Positions 54,540 through 64,000 of a stretch of 64,000 nucleotides of DNA are shown here, in pieces. The first letter of the stretch is position 1. The number at the start of each line of letters is the position of its first letter. This DNA is from Myxococcota bacterium (GTDB taxonomy: Bacteria > Myxococcota_A > UBA9160 > SZUA-336), in the NCBI GenBank assembly GCA_965247115.1, contig CBDFGR010000002.1:1088001-1152000 (forward strand), in the 5' to 3' direction. The position numbers and the translations under genes were made by a program. A model generated the notes under the pieces. That model saw nothing but the letters and a program-made list of their open reading frames with translations. It did not search any database and was not told where the DNA came from.

Positions 54540-54971
54540 CTACGTGAGCGAGAGACGCATCAGCGTCGCCGTCTCCGGACGCAGCTCTCGATACTCGCGG
54601 CTGTCCTGCATCTGGGCCGGTGCCCTGTCCAGGGGCACGCTTGCGAAGCCCAGCCTGTTGAAAAAGCCCTCGGCATCGACGGTCAGGAGAAAGAGCTCCT
54701 TCAGACCGAGCTCGTAGGCGCGGGCAAGCAGGCTGCGAAACAGCTCCCGGCCCAGGCCCTTGGCGCGCCGATCCGGAGCTACGACCATCGAACGCACCAA
54801 GCCCGAGCGCCCGTACGCCTCCAGTCCCACACACGCCACGACCTGGGAGTCGTCAAGCGCGACGATCAGGTTCGCGAGAACCGGGCTCACCTCCAGCGGG
54901 GGGAGCTCGGCCTCGGAGAGGAGCGACGAGACCTCTCCAAGCTCGTCCTCAGTGACTGCTCGAAATTTCAT
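54540..54971 (-). CDS. GNAT N-acetyltransferase (ArsN2-like)
   Basis: CVGLEAYGRSGLVRSMVV.PDRRAKGLG, LFLLT.DAEGFF.RLGF; start at ATG 54971. Confidence 0.8.
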   Translation of the reverse strand: MKFRAVTEDELGEVSSLLSEAELPPLEVSPVLANLIVALDDSQVVACVGLEAYGRSGLVRSMVVAPDRRAKGLGRELFRSLLARAYELGLKELFLLTVDAEGFFNRLGFASVPLDRAPAQMQDSREYRELRPETATLMRLSLT

Positions 54972-55107
54972 GCGTAGCAGATGTCCCCGACCGCGAGAGG
55001 CTGTGCGGCGACAGTATAGCTGGGGAGAGCTGCTCCCCCCGCACTCCCGGTTCTTCGCAGCGGGGCGGTCAGATTCGCGGGAGCGGCCCAGTGTAAAATC
55101 GCGGCCC

Positions 55108-55854
55108 ATGGATGAGCTCAAGGGAAAGGTCGCCCTCGTGACGGGGGGCTCGCGAGGGATCGGTCGGGGGATCGCCAGGCGCTTCATCGAGGCCGGGGCC
55201 AGCGTGATGATCGTCTCGCGCGGCGCGGAGGGCTGCGAGGCGGCGGCCAAGGAGATCGGCGGCGACATCGCCTGGAAGGCCGGTGATGTGGGCCGGCCGG
55301 AGGATGCGGAGGCCTGCCTGGACGCGACTCTGGAGCGGTTCGGGGCGATCGACATCCTGGTCAACAATGCGGCCGCGAACCCCTGTGCGGGACCGGTAAT
55401 CGACATCGACCTGTCGAGCTGGGAGAAGACGCTCCAGGTCAACATCACCGGAGCGCTCGTGTGGACGCAGCTGGCCTGGAGCAAGCACATGCAGGAGCAT
55501 GGCGGGAGCGTGATCAACGTCTCATCCAATGGCGCCTACATGACGAGCCCGATCCTCGGCGCCTACAACATCACGAAGATCGCGCTGATCCATCTGACCA
55601 AGCAGCTCGCGTCCGAGCTCGGACCCGGCGTCCGGGTGAACGCCATCGCGCCAGGCGTGGTCCGCACTGACTTCTCTCGGATCCTCTGGGAGGACGGCCG
55701 CGGCGAGCAGGTCGCGGCGCGCCTCCCATTAAAGCGGCTCGGCGAGCCGGAAGACATCGGCGACGCCGCCCTCTTCCTGGCATCGGATGCGAGCTCCTGG
55801 ATCACGGGCCAGACGCTGGTCGCGGACGGCGGCGCGCTCGTGGTCGACGCGTAG
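55108..55854 (+). CDS. Classical SDR oxidoreductase
   Basis: TGGSRGIG, LVNNAA.NP, YNITK, VRVNAIAPG. Confidence 0.92.
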   Translation: MDELKGKVALVTGGSRGIGRGIARRFIEAGASVMIVSRGAEGCEAAAKEIGGDIAWKAGDVGRPEDAEACLDATLERFGAIDILVNNAAANPCAGPVIDIDLSSWEKTLQVNITGALVWTQLAWSKHMQEHGGSVINVSSNGAYMTSPILGAYNITKIALIHLTKQLASELGPGVRVNAIAPGVVRTDFSRILWEDGRGEQVAARLPLKRLGEPEDIGDAALFLASDASSWITGQTLVADGGALVVDA

Positions 55855-55869
55855 AAGACTCGGAGCGCC

Positions 55870-56640
55870 TCAGGCGTCGATCAGACCGAAGCGGGTCCCA
55901 CAGACGTTCACGAGGTCGTCGGAGACCCGACGTCCACGCTTCTCCGCGGCTTCGAGCAGACGCTTGCGGTCCACCACCGCGAGATCGACGCCGCCAAGGC
56001 CCTCGCCGCGTCCGTCCGTCGCCTCGACAAAGCGGAGACGCGCGTTCTCGAGCGGCAGCTCCAGCCGCCCCTGCGCGTCGCGCCCGAGCTCGATCTGCGC
56101 GATTCCGCTCCAGCGCTCTGCGAGCGTCTTCGGGTCGGGACTCTGGAGCTCGGCCGCGAGGATCCTGCTCACCACGTCGGTGCGCACCGCCGGCTTCCAG
56201 TCCGGACCCGCGGGCGACCACGGACCTGCCGGGTCCTCGCCACCCTCGTGCCAGTCGATCTCGAAGAAGGCGCCGCCGGTGTCTTTCGGGTGCAGCTGCA
56301 TGCCGCGATGGTGGGTGGACTCTAGCGGCTGAGCGATCCGGACGCCGAGCTCCGCAACGCGTTGCTTGCGCGGCTCGACGTCGTCGCACTGCGTGATGAC
56401 CATGTAGCCACCGTCACCGCCGCGCCTGTCGAGATAGCGGCCGCCTGCGGTGTTCTCCTGGAAAGGCGCCACGACCTCGAGGAACTGGCTCCCGATCGGA
56501 AGTAGCGAGTTCTTGAGTCCAAACCGCTCGAGGCCAGGGTCGACGTAGCACACCTCTAGCCCGAAGATCGCCTTCAGCTCGTCGACGCTACTCGCGAGAT
56601 TGCGCGCAACCAAACAGATCTGTCGCAGTCGTAGCCACAT
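55870..56640 (-). CDS. VOC/glyoxalase-like protein
   Basis: LRLRQICLVA, FGLKN, FLEVVAP, RRGGDGGYMVI, QLHPKDTGG. Confidence 0.8.
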   Translation of the reverse strand: MWLRLRQICLVARNLASSVDELKAIFGLEVCYVDPGLERFGLKNSLLPIGSQFLEVVAPFQENTAGGRYLDRRGGDGGYMVITQCDDVEPRKQRVAELGVRIAQPLESTHHRGMQLHPKDTGGAFFEIDWHEGGEDPAGPWSPAGPDWKPAVRTDVVSRILAAELQSPDPKTLAERWSGIAQIELGRDAQGRLELPLENARLRFVEATDGRGEGLGGVDLAVVDRKRLLEAAEKRGRRVSDDLVNVCGTRFGLIDA

Positions 56641-56688
56641 GTCGGTACCTCAGCGCGGCACACGGCCGCAACCCGACCATTAGAATGC

Positions 56689-58104
56689 ATGGGCCCGATG
56701 TCGGTCAATCCGTCGCGATTCCTCGAGCGCTACTTCGAGCTCCACGAGCGAGGCAGCGATGTCCGCACCGAGCTCGCCGCCGGGACGACGACGTTCCTGA
56801 CCATGGCCTACATCATCTTCGTGCAGCCGGCCGTGCTCTCGGGACGCATGTTCGGCATCGAGACGGGCCTCGACTTTGGCGCGGTGATGACGGCGACCTG
56901 CCTGGCGGCCGCGCTGGCCACCGTCATCATGGGTCTCTACGCGCGCGCTCCGATCGCACAGGCCCCGGGCATGGGCGCGAACTTCTTCCTCGTGTTGACC
57001 TTGATCCCCGCGGCAAGTGCAGCCGGGTACGCGAACGCGGGGCCGGTGGCACTGGGAGTGGTCTTCGTGGCTGGCGTGCTGTTCCTGCTGGTCACGCTCT
57101 CCGGGCTGCGCCGCGTCGTGGTGGACGCGATCAGCCCGAGCCTGCGGGGCGGAATTGCCGTCGGGATCGGGCTCTTCATCGCGTTCATCGGACTGCAGAA
57201 CGCCGGGCTCGTCGTCGTGGATCCTGTCACGGCAGTGCGGCTCAATCCGCTCTGGCTGTCGCCGGACCTGCTCGTGTTCTTCGCGGGGCTCTTTGCCTCC
57301 GCGGGGCTGCACGCGCGCGGGATCAGGGGCTCGATACTCGGTGGCATCGTCATCGCTGCCGTCGTCGCGCTGGTCCTGCGCTTCGCCCTGTCTCCGTTCG
57401 AGGTCGGAGGCGAGCGGCTTGCCGAGCTCTCGCTCCCCGGGTCAATCCTATCCATGCCTCCCGACCTGTCTCCGACGCTCTTCGTCTTCGACATCGCGGG
57501 TGCCCTGTCGCTGGCGATGCTGCCCTTCGTGCTCATCTTCCTGATCATGGACCTCTTCGACACCGTTGGAACACTTATCGGTGTCAGTTCCGCAGCTGAC
57601 CAGCCCGAGTCGAATATCCTGCCCGTTCCGGAGCGCGCCTACCTCTCTGATGCCGTCGGGACCGTTGCTGGGGCCGCGCTTGGAACCAGCACGGTCACGA
57701 GCTTCATCGAGAGCGCCACCGGTGTCGAGCAGGGCGGTCGCACGGGCTTGACCAGCGCAACCACGGCACTGCTCTTCCTGCTTGCGCTCTTCGCGAGCCC
57801 AGTCGTGGCCATGATCGGTAGCTACCCGCCGATCACCGCGCCGGCGCTGGTCCTCGTGGGCTCTCTGATGCTGCGCAACGCAGCCCGCGTCGAGTGGTCG
57901 GACGCCAGCGAGGCGATTCCCGGCTTTTTGATCGCGCTCGGCATCCCGCTTTTCTACTCGATCAGCGACGGTCTCGCGCTCGGCTTCATCTCCTACCCGG
58001 TGATCAAGGTTCTCGGTGGCCGGACCCGCGAGCTCCGCTGGCCCATGGTCGTCACTCCCGCTGTGATGCTCGCCTACGTACTGCTGCTGCGCGGCGGACT
58101 CTGA
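56689..58104 (+). CDS. NCS2/AzgA-family purine permease
   Basis: AGTTTFLTMAYII.V.P, APGMG.N, DLFDTVGTL, TSTVTSFIESA.GV.QGGRTGLT, YSISDGLA.GFISY. Confidence 0.92.
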   Translation: MGPMSVNPSRFLERYFELHERGSDVRTELAAGTTTFLTMAYIIFVQPAVLSGRMFGIETGLDFGAVMTATCLAAALATVIMGLYARAPIAQAPGMGANFFLVLTLIPAASAAGYANAGPVALGVVFVAGVLFLLVTLSGLRRVVVDAISPSLRGGIAVGIGLFIAFIGLQNAGLVVVDPVTAVRLNPLWLSPDLLVFFAGLFASAGLHARGIRGSILGGIVIAAVVALVLRFALSPFEVGGERLAELSLPGSILSMPPDLSPTLFVFDIAGALSLAMLPFVLIFLIMDLFDTVGTLIGVSSAADQPESNILPVPERAYLSDAVGTVAGAALGTSTVTSFIESATGVEQGGRTGLTSATTALLFLLALFASPVVAMIGSYPPITAPALVLVGSLMLRNAARVEWSDASEAIPGFLIALGIPLFYSISDGLALGFISYPVIKVLGGRTRELRWPMVVTPAVMLAYVLLLRGGL

Positions 58105-58144
58105 GGCTACGCCGGCGCTCGACACGCGTACTAAGCTTCTGAGC

Positions 58145-59236
58145 ATGGAGCAGCTTCGCGCCATCTATCGCGCGCGGGTCCACGCGCACCATGTGGAGGA
58201 GCGGGCCGAGGCGCTGCTTCTCGAGCAAACGGTCGAGCTGCCGCGCTCTGCGGTCCGGGACCCGTTCGTGAAGCGCGAGATCCTGCCGACGGTGGAGACG
58301 ATCGATCCGGATCCGGAGGGGGGCTTTCGGATCGCGCTCGGCGTTCCGGTCGCCACAACTGCGCTCGATCCGGCCCAGCTCCTGAACGTGCTGTTCGGGA
58401 ACTCGTCCCTGCAGCCCGATCTCGAGCTGCTCGACGTCGAGCTTCCGGAGGCGCTACTCGGGATCCTCGGGGGACCGCGCTTCGGGCTGGCGGGTTTCCG
58501 CTCGGCAGCGGACGTTGCGACGGGACCCCTCACGTGCACGGCCCTCAAACCCATGGGGCTCTCCGCGGAGGCACTCGGCGAGCTGTGCGAGACCTTTGCT
58601 CGGGCCGGGATCGACGTGATCAAGGACGACCACGGGCTCGCGGACCACTCCTTCTGCCGCTTCGAGGATCGAGTGACGGCCTGCCAGGCCGCTGTCGAGA
58701 GGGCCGCCGATGCCACGGGCCGGCGCGCGCTCTACGTGCCGACCCTCACGGGCACCCCGGGGTCGATCCGCCGCCAGCTCGGCTTTGCCCGGGGCCGTGG
58801 GGTGGGCGGAATCCTCGTCTCCCCCATGCTGGTGGGGTTGCCGGTTCTCTCCGAGCTCGTCCGAGACGGCGCGGGGCTGCCGATCCTGGCCCACCCGGCA
58901 TTCGGCGGGGCCCTGCGGATTGCCCCTGAGACGCTGCTGGGCAAGCTGTTTCGCGCGTTTGGCGCGGACGCGGTCATCTACCCCAACTGGGGCGGACGCT
59001 TCAGCTACAGCGCCGAGACCTGCCGGCGACTTGCGGCGGCGCTCAGGGACCCGTGGCAGCCGCTGCTACCGGCCCTGCCCGTTCCCGCCGGCGGAATGGC
59101 ACTCGAGCGCATACCCGAGCTGGTGGATTTCTACGGGCCAGACGCGATGCTGTTAGTCGGCGGCAGCCTGTACGAGGCCGGCGACGCGCTGCTCGAGCGA
59201 AGCCGCAGCTTTGTCGAGAGGGTACGCGACGCATGA
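58145..59236 (+). CDS. RuBisCO-like protein (form IV), probable methylthioribulose-1-phosphate isomerase
   Basis: EQTVE, NVLFGNSS, GPRFG, TALKPMGLS, DVIKDDHGL, AHPAFGG, PVPAGGM, LVGGSL. Confidence 0.88.
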   Translation: MEQLRAIYRARVHAHHVEERAEALLLEQTVELPRSAVRDPFVKREILPTVETIDPDPEGGFRIALGVPVATTALDPAQLLNVLFGNSSLQPDLELLDVELPEALLGILGGPRFGLAGFRSAADVATGPLTCTALKPMGLSAEALGELCETFARAGIDVIKDDHGLADHSFCRFEDRVTACQAAVERAADATGRRALYVPTLTGTPGSIRRQLGFARGRGVGGILVSPMLVGLPVLSELVRDGAGLPILAHPAFGGALRIAPETLLGKLFRAFGADAVIYPNWGGRFSYSAETCRRLAAALRDPWQPLLPALPVPAGGMALERIPELVDFYGPDAMLLVGGSLYEAGDALLERSRSFVERVRDA

Positions 59237-59676
59237 AGCCCGTGACCAGGTACCGCGGCGGCTTCCGCTGGGACGGCGTCCCCGTCCAGCCCTACAAGCC
59301 GGAGGGGACGCACTTCCGCGACATCACGCGGCAGCTGCTGGTCGGGCCGGACGCGGGCCTGGGCTGCGAGCTGCGCTACTTCGAGCTCGAGCCCGCTGGC
59401 CACTCCAGCCTGGAGCGGCACGAGCACCCCCACGCCGTCGTGGTCGTGCGCGGAGAGGGTGGCGTGCTCGTCGGAAGCGAGGTCTTCACGATTCGACCCT
59501 TCGACCTGGTCCGGGTGCCCCCCGGAAGCTGGCACCAGTTCCGGGCCTCGGACGCGGTCGAGCTCGGCTTCCTGTGTCTGGTCGACGCCGAGCGCGATCG
59601 GCCGGCCCGACCGACGGAGGCCGAGCTCGTGGCGCTGCGCACAGACCCGGAGGTCGCGGCTTTCGTCCGGACCTGA
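59233..59676 (+). CDS. Cupin, probable methylthioxylulose-5-phosphate methylsulfurylase
   Basis: W.GV..YK, ITRQ.L, ELRYFE..P.G.SSLERHEHPH, WHQFRA, GFLC.V..ERDRP; ATGA overlap with the RLP gene. Confidence 0.8.
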   Translation: MKPVTRYRGGFRWDGVPVQPYKPEGTHFRDITRQLLVGPDAGLGCELRYFELEPAGHSSLERHEHPHAVVVVRGEGGVLVGSEVFTIRPFDLVRVPPGSWHQFRASDAVELGFLCLVDAERDRPARPTEAELVALRTDPEVAAFVRT

Positions 59677-59703
59677 GAAACTCCTCGGAACGAGGAGGAC
59701 ACG

Positions 59704-60537
59704 ATGGCCTACGACTACGAGCTGGTTCGGGTGTCGGTACAAGACGGTGTGGCGGTCGCCACGATCGACAACCCGCCCATCAACCTGATGACGACCGCCC
59801 TCTTCGGCGACCTGCGGCACCTGGCCGAGGAGATCGAGGCCGACGAGGCGGTCCGGGTGGTGCTGCTGCGCAGCGCGAACCCGGATTTCTTCATCGCTCA
59901 CTTCGACGTAGAGGCGCTCATCGCCACTCCCATCGACACCCAGCCGCGGCGGGAGGAGCAGCTCAACGCGTTTCACCGCATGTGCGAGCGCTTCCGCTGC
60001 ATGCCAAAGGCGACGATCGCGCAGATCGAGGGACGCGTCGGGGGAGGGGGCAGCGAGCTCGCCTCTTCCTGCGACATGCGCTTCGGCGTCCGGGGCAAGA
60101 CCGTGGTCAACCAGATGGAGGTCCCGCTCGGGATCCTGCCGGGCGGGACCGGCACGCAGCGGCTGCCCCGTCTGCTCGGCCGCGGGCGCGCGCTCGAGGT
60201 CATCCTGGCCGGCGACGATCTGGACGCCGAGACCGCGGAGCGCTGGGGCTACCTGAACCGCGCCTTTCCGGCGGACGAGATCGGGCCGTTCGTGGACCGC
60301 CTGGCGCGCCGGATCGCCTCGTTTCCCGCAGACGCCGTCGGCGCCGCGAAGGCCTGCGTGGCCGCTGCGGAGAAGCCGCTCGAGGAGGGCCTGCTCGACG
60401 AGTCCTACCTGTTCCAGACCGTGCTGCGCAGCCCGGGCGCGCAGGAGAACATGCGACGCTTTCTCAAGCTCGGCGGCCAGACCGCCGAGGGGGAGCTTCG
60501 CATGGGGGACTTGTGCGAGGAGCTCGGACGGGGATGA
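59704..60537 (+). CDS. Enoyl-CoA hydratase/isomerase family protein
   Basis: DNPPINL, FFIAHFD, GGGSELA..CDMRF, E..LGILPGGTGTQRLPRL. Confidence 0.92.
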   Translation: MAYDYELVRVSVQDGVAVATIDNPPINLMTTALFGDLRHLAEEIEADEAVRVVLLRSANPDFFIAHFDVEALIATPIDTQPRREEQLNAFHRMCERFRCMPKATIAQIEGRVGGGGSELASSCDMRFGVRGKTVVNQMEVPLGILPGGTGTQRLPRLLGRGRALEVILAGDDLDAETAERWGYLNRAFPADEIGPFVDRLARRIASFPADAVGAAKACVAAAEKPLEEGLLDESYLFQTVLRSPGAQENMRRFLKLGGQTAEGELRMGDLCEELGRG

Positions 60538-61457
60538 CTCGACCGGTCCGCAGACCCCCCGCGGGTCGGCCGAGGGCACCGCGACCACGCGGCGCTCTCG
60601 CGCGCAAGCCGACGGCCCTCGATCGGCTCGTCGGCCGGGCGCTGGAGGCCCTGTACAACTGCCTCTACCCGCGCCTGGTGGGGCGCTGGCTCCGGCAGCG
60701 CCTGGAGCGTCAGCTGCGCCTCGAGCAGAGCTCCGTGGAGCTCGACCGCTGTGCGGGCGCGCTCGCGGATCTCCGGATCGCGCACCTCTCGGATCTGCAC
60801 GCCGGCCACTTCATGAGCGAGGCGGACCTGTCCCGGATCTTCGAGCAGGTCGCCAGCGAGGAGCCCGACCTCGTGCTCCTGGGTGGGGATCTGATCGAGC
60901 GCAACGCGGCTGAGATCCTGCTGCTCGGCAAGGCGCTCGCCCAGCTTCGCCCGCCACTCGGGATCTTCGCCGTGCCGGGCAACCACGAGTACAGCGCGGA
61001 GGCCGACCTCATGCTCTGGCGCAGCTTCCTGCAGGAGCACGGCGTCGAGCTCCTGCTGAATCGTGGGCTGCGCCTGGAGCGCAACGGCAAGAGCCTGTGG
61101 CTGGCAGGCGTCGACGACCTGACACACGGAGAGCCCGATCTCGCCGCGGCCCTCGCCGGAGCCAGGGAAGACGAGCCCATCGTGCTGCTCTCCCACCACC
61201 CGGACATGTTCCGCGAGGCCGCCTGGGTGGGTGTCGATCTGACGCTCTCCGGGCACACGCACGGTGGACAGATCACGTTCTACGGCAAGACGCCGCTACG
61301 ACAGACGCGCCTCGGCTACTGGCGCGGGCACTTCGACGTGGACGGCGCCCGACTCTACGTGAGCCGGGGGGCGGGAACGACCCATCTCCCGCTGCGGATT
61401 CAGGCGCCGGGCGAGGTTTCCCTGATCCGTCTGCGTCCTACGCGTCGAACTGAATGA
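60534..61457 (+). CDS. Metallophosphoesterase (YkuE/YaeI-like)
   Basis: SDLH, GGD, PGNHE, LSHHPD, SGHTHGGQ, VSRGAG. Confidence 0.9.
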   Translation: MTRPVRRPPAGRPRAPRPRGALARKPTALDRLVGRALEALYNCLYPRLVGRWLRQRLERQLRLEQSSVELDRCAGALADLRIAHLSDLHAGHFMSEADLSRIFEQVASEEPDLVLLGGDLIERNAAEILLLGKALAQLRPPLGIFAVPGNHEYSAEADLMLWRSFLQEHGVELLLNRGLRLERNGKSLWLAGVDDLTHGEPDLAAALAGAREDEPIVLLSHHPDMFREAAWVGVDLTLSGHTHGGQITFYGKTPLRQTRLGYWRGHFDVDGARLYVSRGAGTTHLPLRIQAPGEVSLIRLRPTRRTE

Positions 61458-62532
61458 CGCTGCGGGCCACCTCGCCCCGAGCCAGCTGCTCGAAGCCCCG
61501 ATTGATGTCCTCGAGCTTCAGATGCTGGGAGATCAGGTCGTCGAGGTTGAGCTTGCCGGAGAGGTAGAAGTCCACATACTTCGGCATGTCGCTGCGGAAG
61601 CGGTTCGACCCCATGTTGGAGCCCTGGATCTTCTTCTCGGCCAGAAACTCGACGCCGTCGAGCTCGACCTTGGTACCGATCGGGATCATCCCGATCACCG
61701 TCGCCGTGCCGCCCCGCTTCAGCATGCGGAAGGCCTGCTCTGCGGCGATCTTGAGGCCGATCGCCTCGAATGCGTAGTCGACACCCCCCTGTGTCAGGTC
61801 GAGCACGGCCTCAACGGGGTCCGCGGAGCTCGCGTTCACCACGTCGGTCGCGCCGAACTTGCGGGACAGCTCGAGCTTCGGCTCGAGCGTGTCGACAGCG
61901 ATAATTCGCCCGGCGCCAGCGATGTGCGCGCCCTGGATCGCACTCAGCCCGACACCGCCGCAGCCGATCACCGCCACCGTGCTCCCGACCTCGATCTTCG
62001 CGGTGATGAACACGGCGCCCATTCCCGTCGTCACCCCGCAGCCGATCAGCGCGGCCTTGTCGAGCGGCATGTCCTTGCGGATCTTCACGATGGCGTGCTC
62101 GTGCACGAGCATCTGCTCGGCGAAGGACGACAGGTCCAGGAACTGGTTCACGACCTCGTCGCCCTTCGAGAGGCGCGGCGCCTGGTCAGGGGCGCGCCGG
62201 GTCTCTTGCTTGCTGCACAGCGAGGGGCGCCCGCCAAGGCAGTACTCGCAGTGTCCGCAGAAGACGGAGAGGCACGTGATGACGTGGTCTCCCTTCTCCA
62301 CGTAGCGAACTTCGGAGCCGACTTCCTCGACGATCCCCGCCGACTCGTGGCCCAGCACCGCGGGCATGGGGTACTGGTAGGCGCCGCTGTGAAAGTGGAG
62401 ATCGCTGTGGCAGATACCGGCGTGAGCGGTGCGGATGAGCACCTCGTGGGGGCTGGGCTTGGCGATGTCGATGGTCTCTATCTCGAGGGGCACGTTGATG
62501 CCCCGAAGGACTGCAGCTCTCATGACGGGCAT
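61438..62532 (-). CDS. Zn-dependent alcohol dehydrogenase
   Basis: GICHSD, GHESAG, CGHCEYC, GCGVTTG, GCGGVG. Confidence 0.93.
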   Translation of the reverse strand: MPVMRAAVLRGINVPLEIETIDIAKPSPHEVLIRTAHAGICHSDLHFHSGAYQYPMPAVLGHESAGIVEEVGSEVRYVEKGDHVITCLSVFCGHCEYCLGGRPSLCSKQETRRAPDQAPRLSKGDEVVNQFLDLSSFAEQMLVHEHAIVKIRKDMPLDKAALIGCGVTTGMGAVFITAKIEVGSTVAVIGCGGVGLSAIQGAHIAGAGRIIAVDTLEPKLELSRKFGATDVVNASSADPVEAVLDLTQGGVDYAFEAIGLKIAAEQAFRMLKRGGTATVIGMIPIGTKVELDGVEFLAEKKIQGSNMGSNRFRSDMPKYVDFYLSGKLNLDDLISQHLKLEDINRGFEQLARGEVARSVIQFDA

Positions 62533-62577
62533 TCTACCCGACGTGTACAATCGCGGAGTGGGTGAGGGAGGCGCTCG

Positions 62578-63183
62578 GTGAACCAGGACGTGCTGGCGAC
62601 GCTGCAAGACGAGATGCGCGAGTGCCGACGCTGCAGCGACGCCGGCTTTCCGATCGTGCCCGGCGCGATCCTGTCAGGGGAGGCGAGCGCGAAGATCCTG
62701 CTGGTGGGCCAGGCACCTGGCGCCACAGAGGTGGCGACGAACCGTCCGTTCGACGGTCCAGCCGGTCGGCGACTCTTTCGCTGGCTCGAGCGCGCCGGCT
62801 TCGCGGAGGACGAGTTTCGCAAGCGCCACTACATCGCCGCGGTCACGCGCTGCTATCCCGGCAGACGCGAATCCGGCCGCGGGGACCGATCCCCCAGCCG
62901 CGAAGAGCAGGCTCTGTGCAGACCCTATCTCGACAGGGAGCTGGAGCTCATCGCCCCCGAACTCATCATCCCGGTCGGTCGGCTGGCCATTCGCGCGTTC
63001 CTCGGGGCGAAGGCGCTGAACGAGGTCGTCGGCAGCGTGACCCAGGATCCCGAGGGGTGCTGGATCGTGCCCCTTCCCCACCCGTCCGGCGCGAGTCGCT
63101 GGTTCAATGCCCCGGAGAACGCTGCGCACGTGGACCGCGCGCTCCGCCATCTGGCGCGGCTGCGACGGCAACTCGGCCTCTAG
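62578..63183 (+). CDS. Uracil-DNA glycosylase family protein
   Basis: CRRC, VGQAPG, PFDGPAG, TRCYPG, LPHPSG. Confidence 0.88.
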   Translation: MNQDVLATLQDEMRECRRCSDAGFPIVPGAILSGEASAKILLVGQAPGATEVATNRPFDGPAGRRLFRWLERAGFAEDEFRKRHYIAAVTRCYPGRRESGRGDRSPSREEQALCRPYLDRELELIAPELIIPVGRLAIRAFLGAKALNEVVGSVTQDPEGCWIVPLPHPSGASRWFNAPENAAHVDRALRHLARLRRQLGL

Positions 63184-63196
63184 TACACTCGCGCGC

Positions 63197-64000
63197 GTGC
63201 AGCTGGACGTGGTGCGGAGCCGGGTAGAGCTCCCCGAGCGGGGCGTGGAGCTCGGCATTCTGGACTTTGGCGGTGACGGCCCCCTGGCCCTGTTCGCCCA
63301 CGCGAACGGATTCTGCGCCGGCATCTACGGGCTTCTGGCCGAGTCGCTCCGCGAGCAGTTCCGGGTCGTCGCCTTCGACGCGCGCGGACACGGCGACTCC
63401 TCCAAGCCGCCGCTCGACGCGTACGACTGGGGCGAGTTCGCCCTGGATCTGCTCGCGCTGGTGGAACGCCTCTGTAAAGAGCTGGGCTACGCGCGCGCGG
63501 ACTACGGCATCGGCCACTCCTTCGGGGGTACCGCCACGCTGACGGCGGCGGCGGAGCGACCGGACCTGTTCGGACGCGTCGCTCTGCTGGACCCGGTCGT
63601 CATGCCACCGGTAGAGGAGCGTCCCCCGAACCTGTCAGAACGCCGCAACATCATGGCGGACATCGCCCGGAACCGGCGACGGGTCTGGTCGTCACGAGAC
63701 GAGCTGCGTGAGAGCTGGGGCGCACGTGAGGCCTTCGCGGAGTGGGATCGCCGCGTCCTCGACTTGTACATCGACGAGGGATTCCGCGATCGGGAGGACG
63801 GTCAGGTGGAGCTCAAGTGTTCCGGTGAGATCGAGGCCACGATCTTCGAGGCGAGCCCCCATTTCGACCTGTTCGCGCGCACAAAGAGAGAGGTGCCTAC
63901 TCCCGGACTCCTGCTGAGCGGCGGTGAGGGACATCTGCCGGCAGCGCTGCACAAACGCCTGGCCGAGAGCATCCCGAGCCTGGAGATCGAGACGATTCCC
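63197..64000 (+). CDS. alpha/beta hydrolase (runs off the window end)
   Basis: Not in the ORF track because it has no stop: FAHANGF, FDARGHGDS, GHSFGG, LLDPV. Confidence 0.85.
   Translation, partial: MQLDVVRSRVELPERGVELGILDFGGDGPLALFAHANGFCAGIYGLLAESLREQFRVVAFDARGHGDSSKPPLDAYDWGEFALDLLALVERLCKELGYARADYGIGHSFGGTATLTAAAERPDLFGRVALLDPVVMPPVEERPPNLSERRNIMADIARNRRRVWSSRDELRESWGAREAFAEWDRRVLDLYIDEGFRDREDGQVELKCSGEIEATIFEASPHFDLFARTKREVPTPGLLLSGGEGHLPAALHKRLAESIPSLEIETIP

Noticed and set aside
54540..54971. Arsenic-resistance function (arsN2)
   Set aside because: No ars genes nearby, and the C-terminal Cys-Pro I expect in ArsN2 reads Arg-Pro; kept as a generic GNAT
58145..59236. Carbon-fixing RuBisCO
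   Set aside because: Short (363 aa), KDDH rather than KDDE, and no small subunit or phosphoribulokinase nearby; form IV RLP
59211..61457. 748-aa ORF as a single fusion protein
   Set aside because: The first ~440 aa are off-frame over the cupin and crotonase genes; the real metallophosphoesterase starts at 60534

Overview
GC-rich bacterial window in three parts. (1) 1-12.8 kb is the right end of a probable genomic island closed by a 3' tRNA-His fragment (att site, about 12731-12773). It holds a chimeric VOC pseudogene, a MerR/VOC module with a 19-bp-spacer promoter, hydrolases, and a 1498-aa Ig/Calx-beta-like repeat autotransporter plus a truncated FN3 gene, flanked by two directly repeated, deleted IS3-family fragments. 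(2) 12.8-53.8 kb is a ~41 kb surface-glycan locus. It has a CDP-sugar/C-methyl module with a decayed rfbG, a TPP E1 alpha/beta pair, a gmhA-tal-gmhB-rfaE-like block, five glycosyltransferases and Wzm/Wzt. It also carries a complete methylphosphonate (MPn) pathway: PepM fused to a nucleotidyltransferase, Ppd, an Fe-dependent reductase, and MpnS with the 2-His-1-Gln and Phe/Ile signature. Next to that pathway lie a second nucleotidyltransferase, a TagF-like transferase, an LtaS/sulfatase-like membrane enzyme, a GlpT-like transporter and an unusual ankyrin-repeat/sugar O-methyltransferase fusion. (3) 53.8-64 kb is metabolic, including an NCS2 permease, RuBisCO-like protein and cupin (MTA-isoprenoid shunt). 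The best candidate for a novel system is an ABC-exported, methylphosphonate-decorated glycan. All family calls come from motif recognition; no database searches were run.
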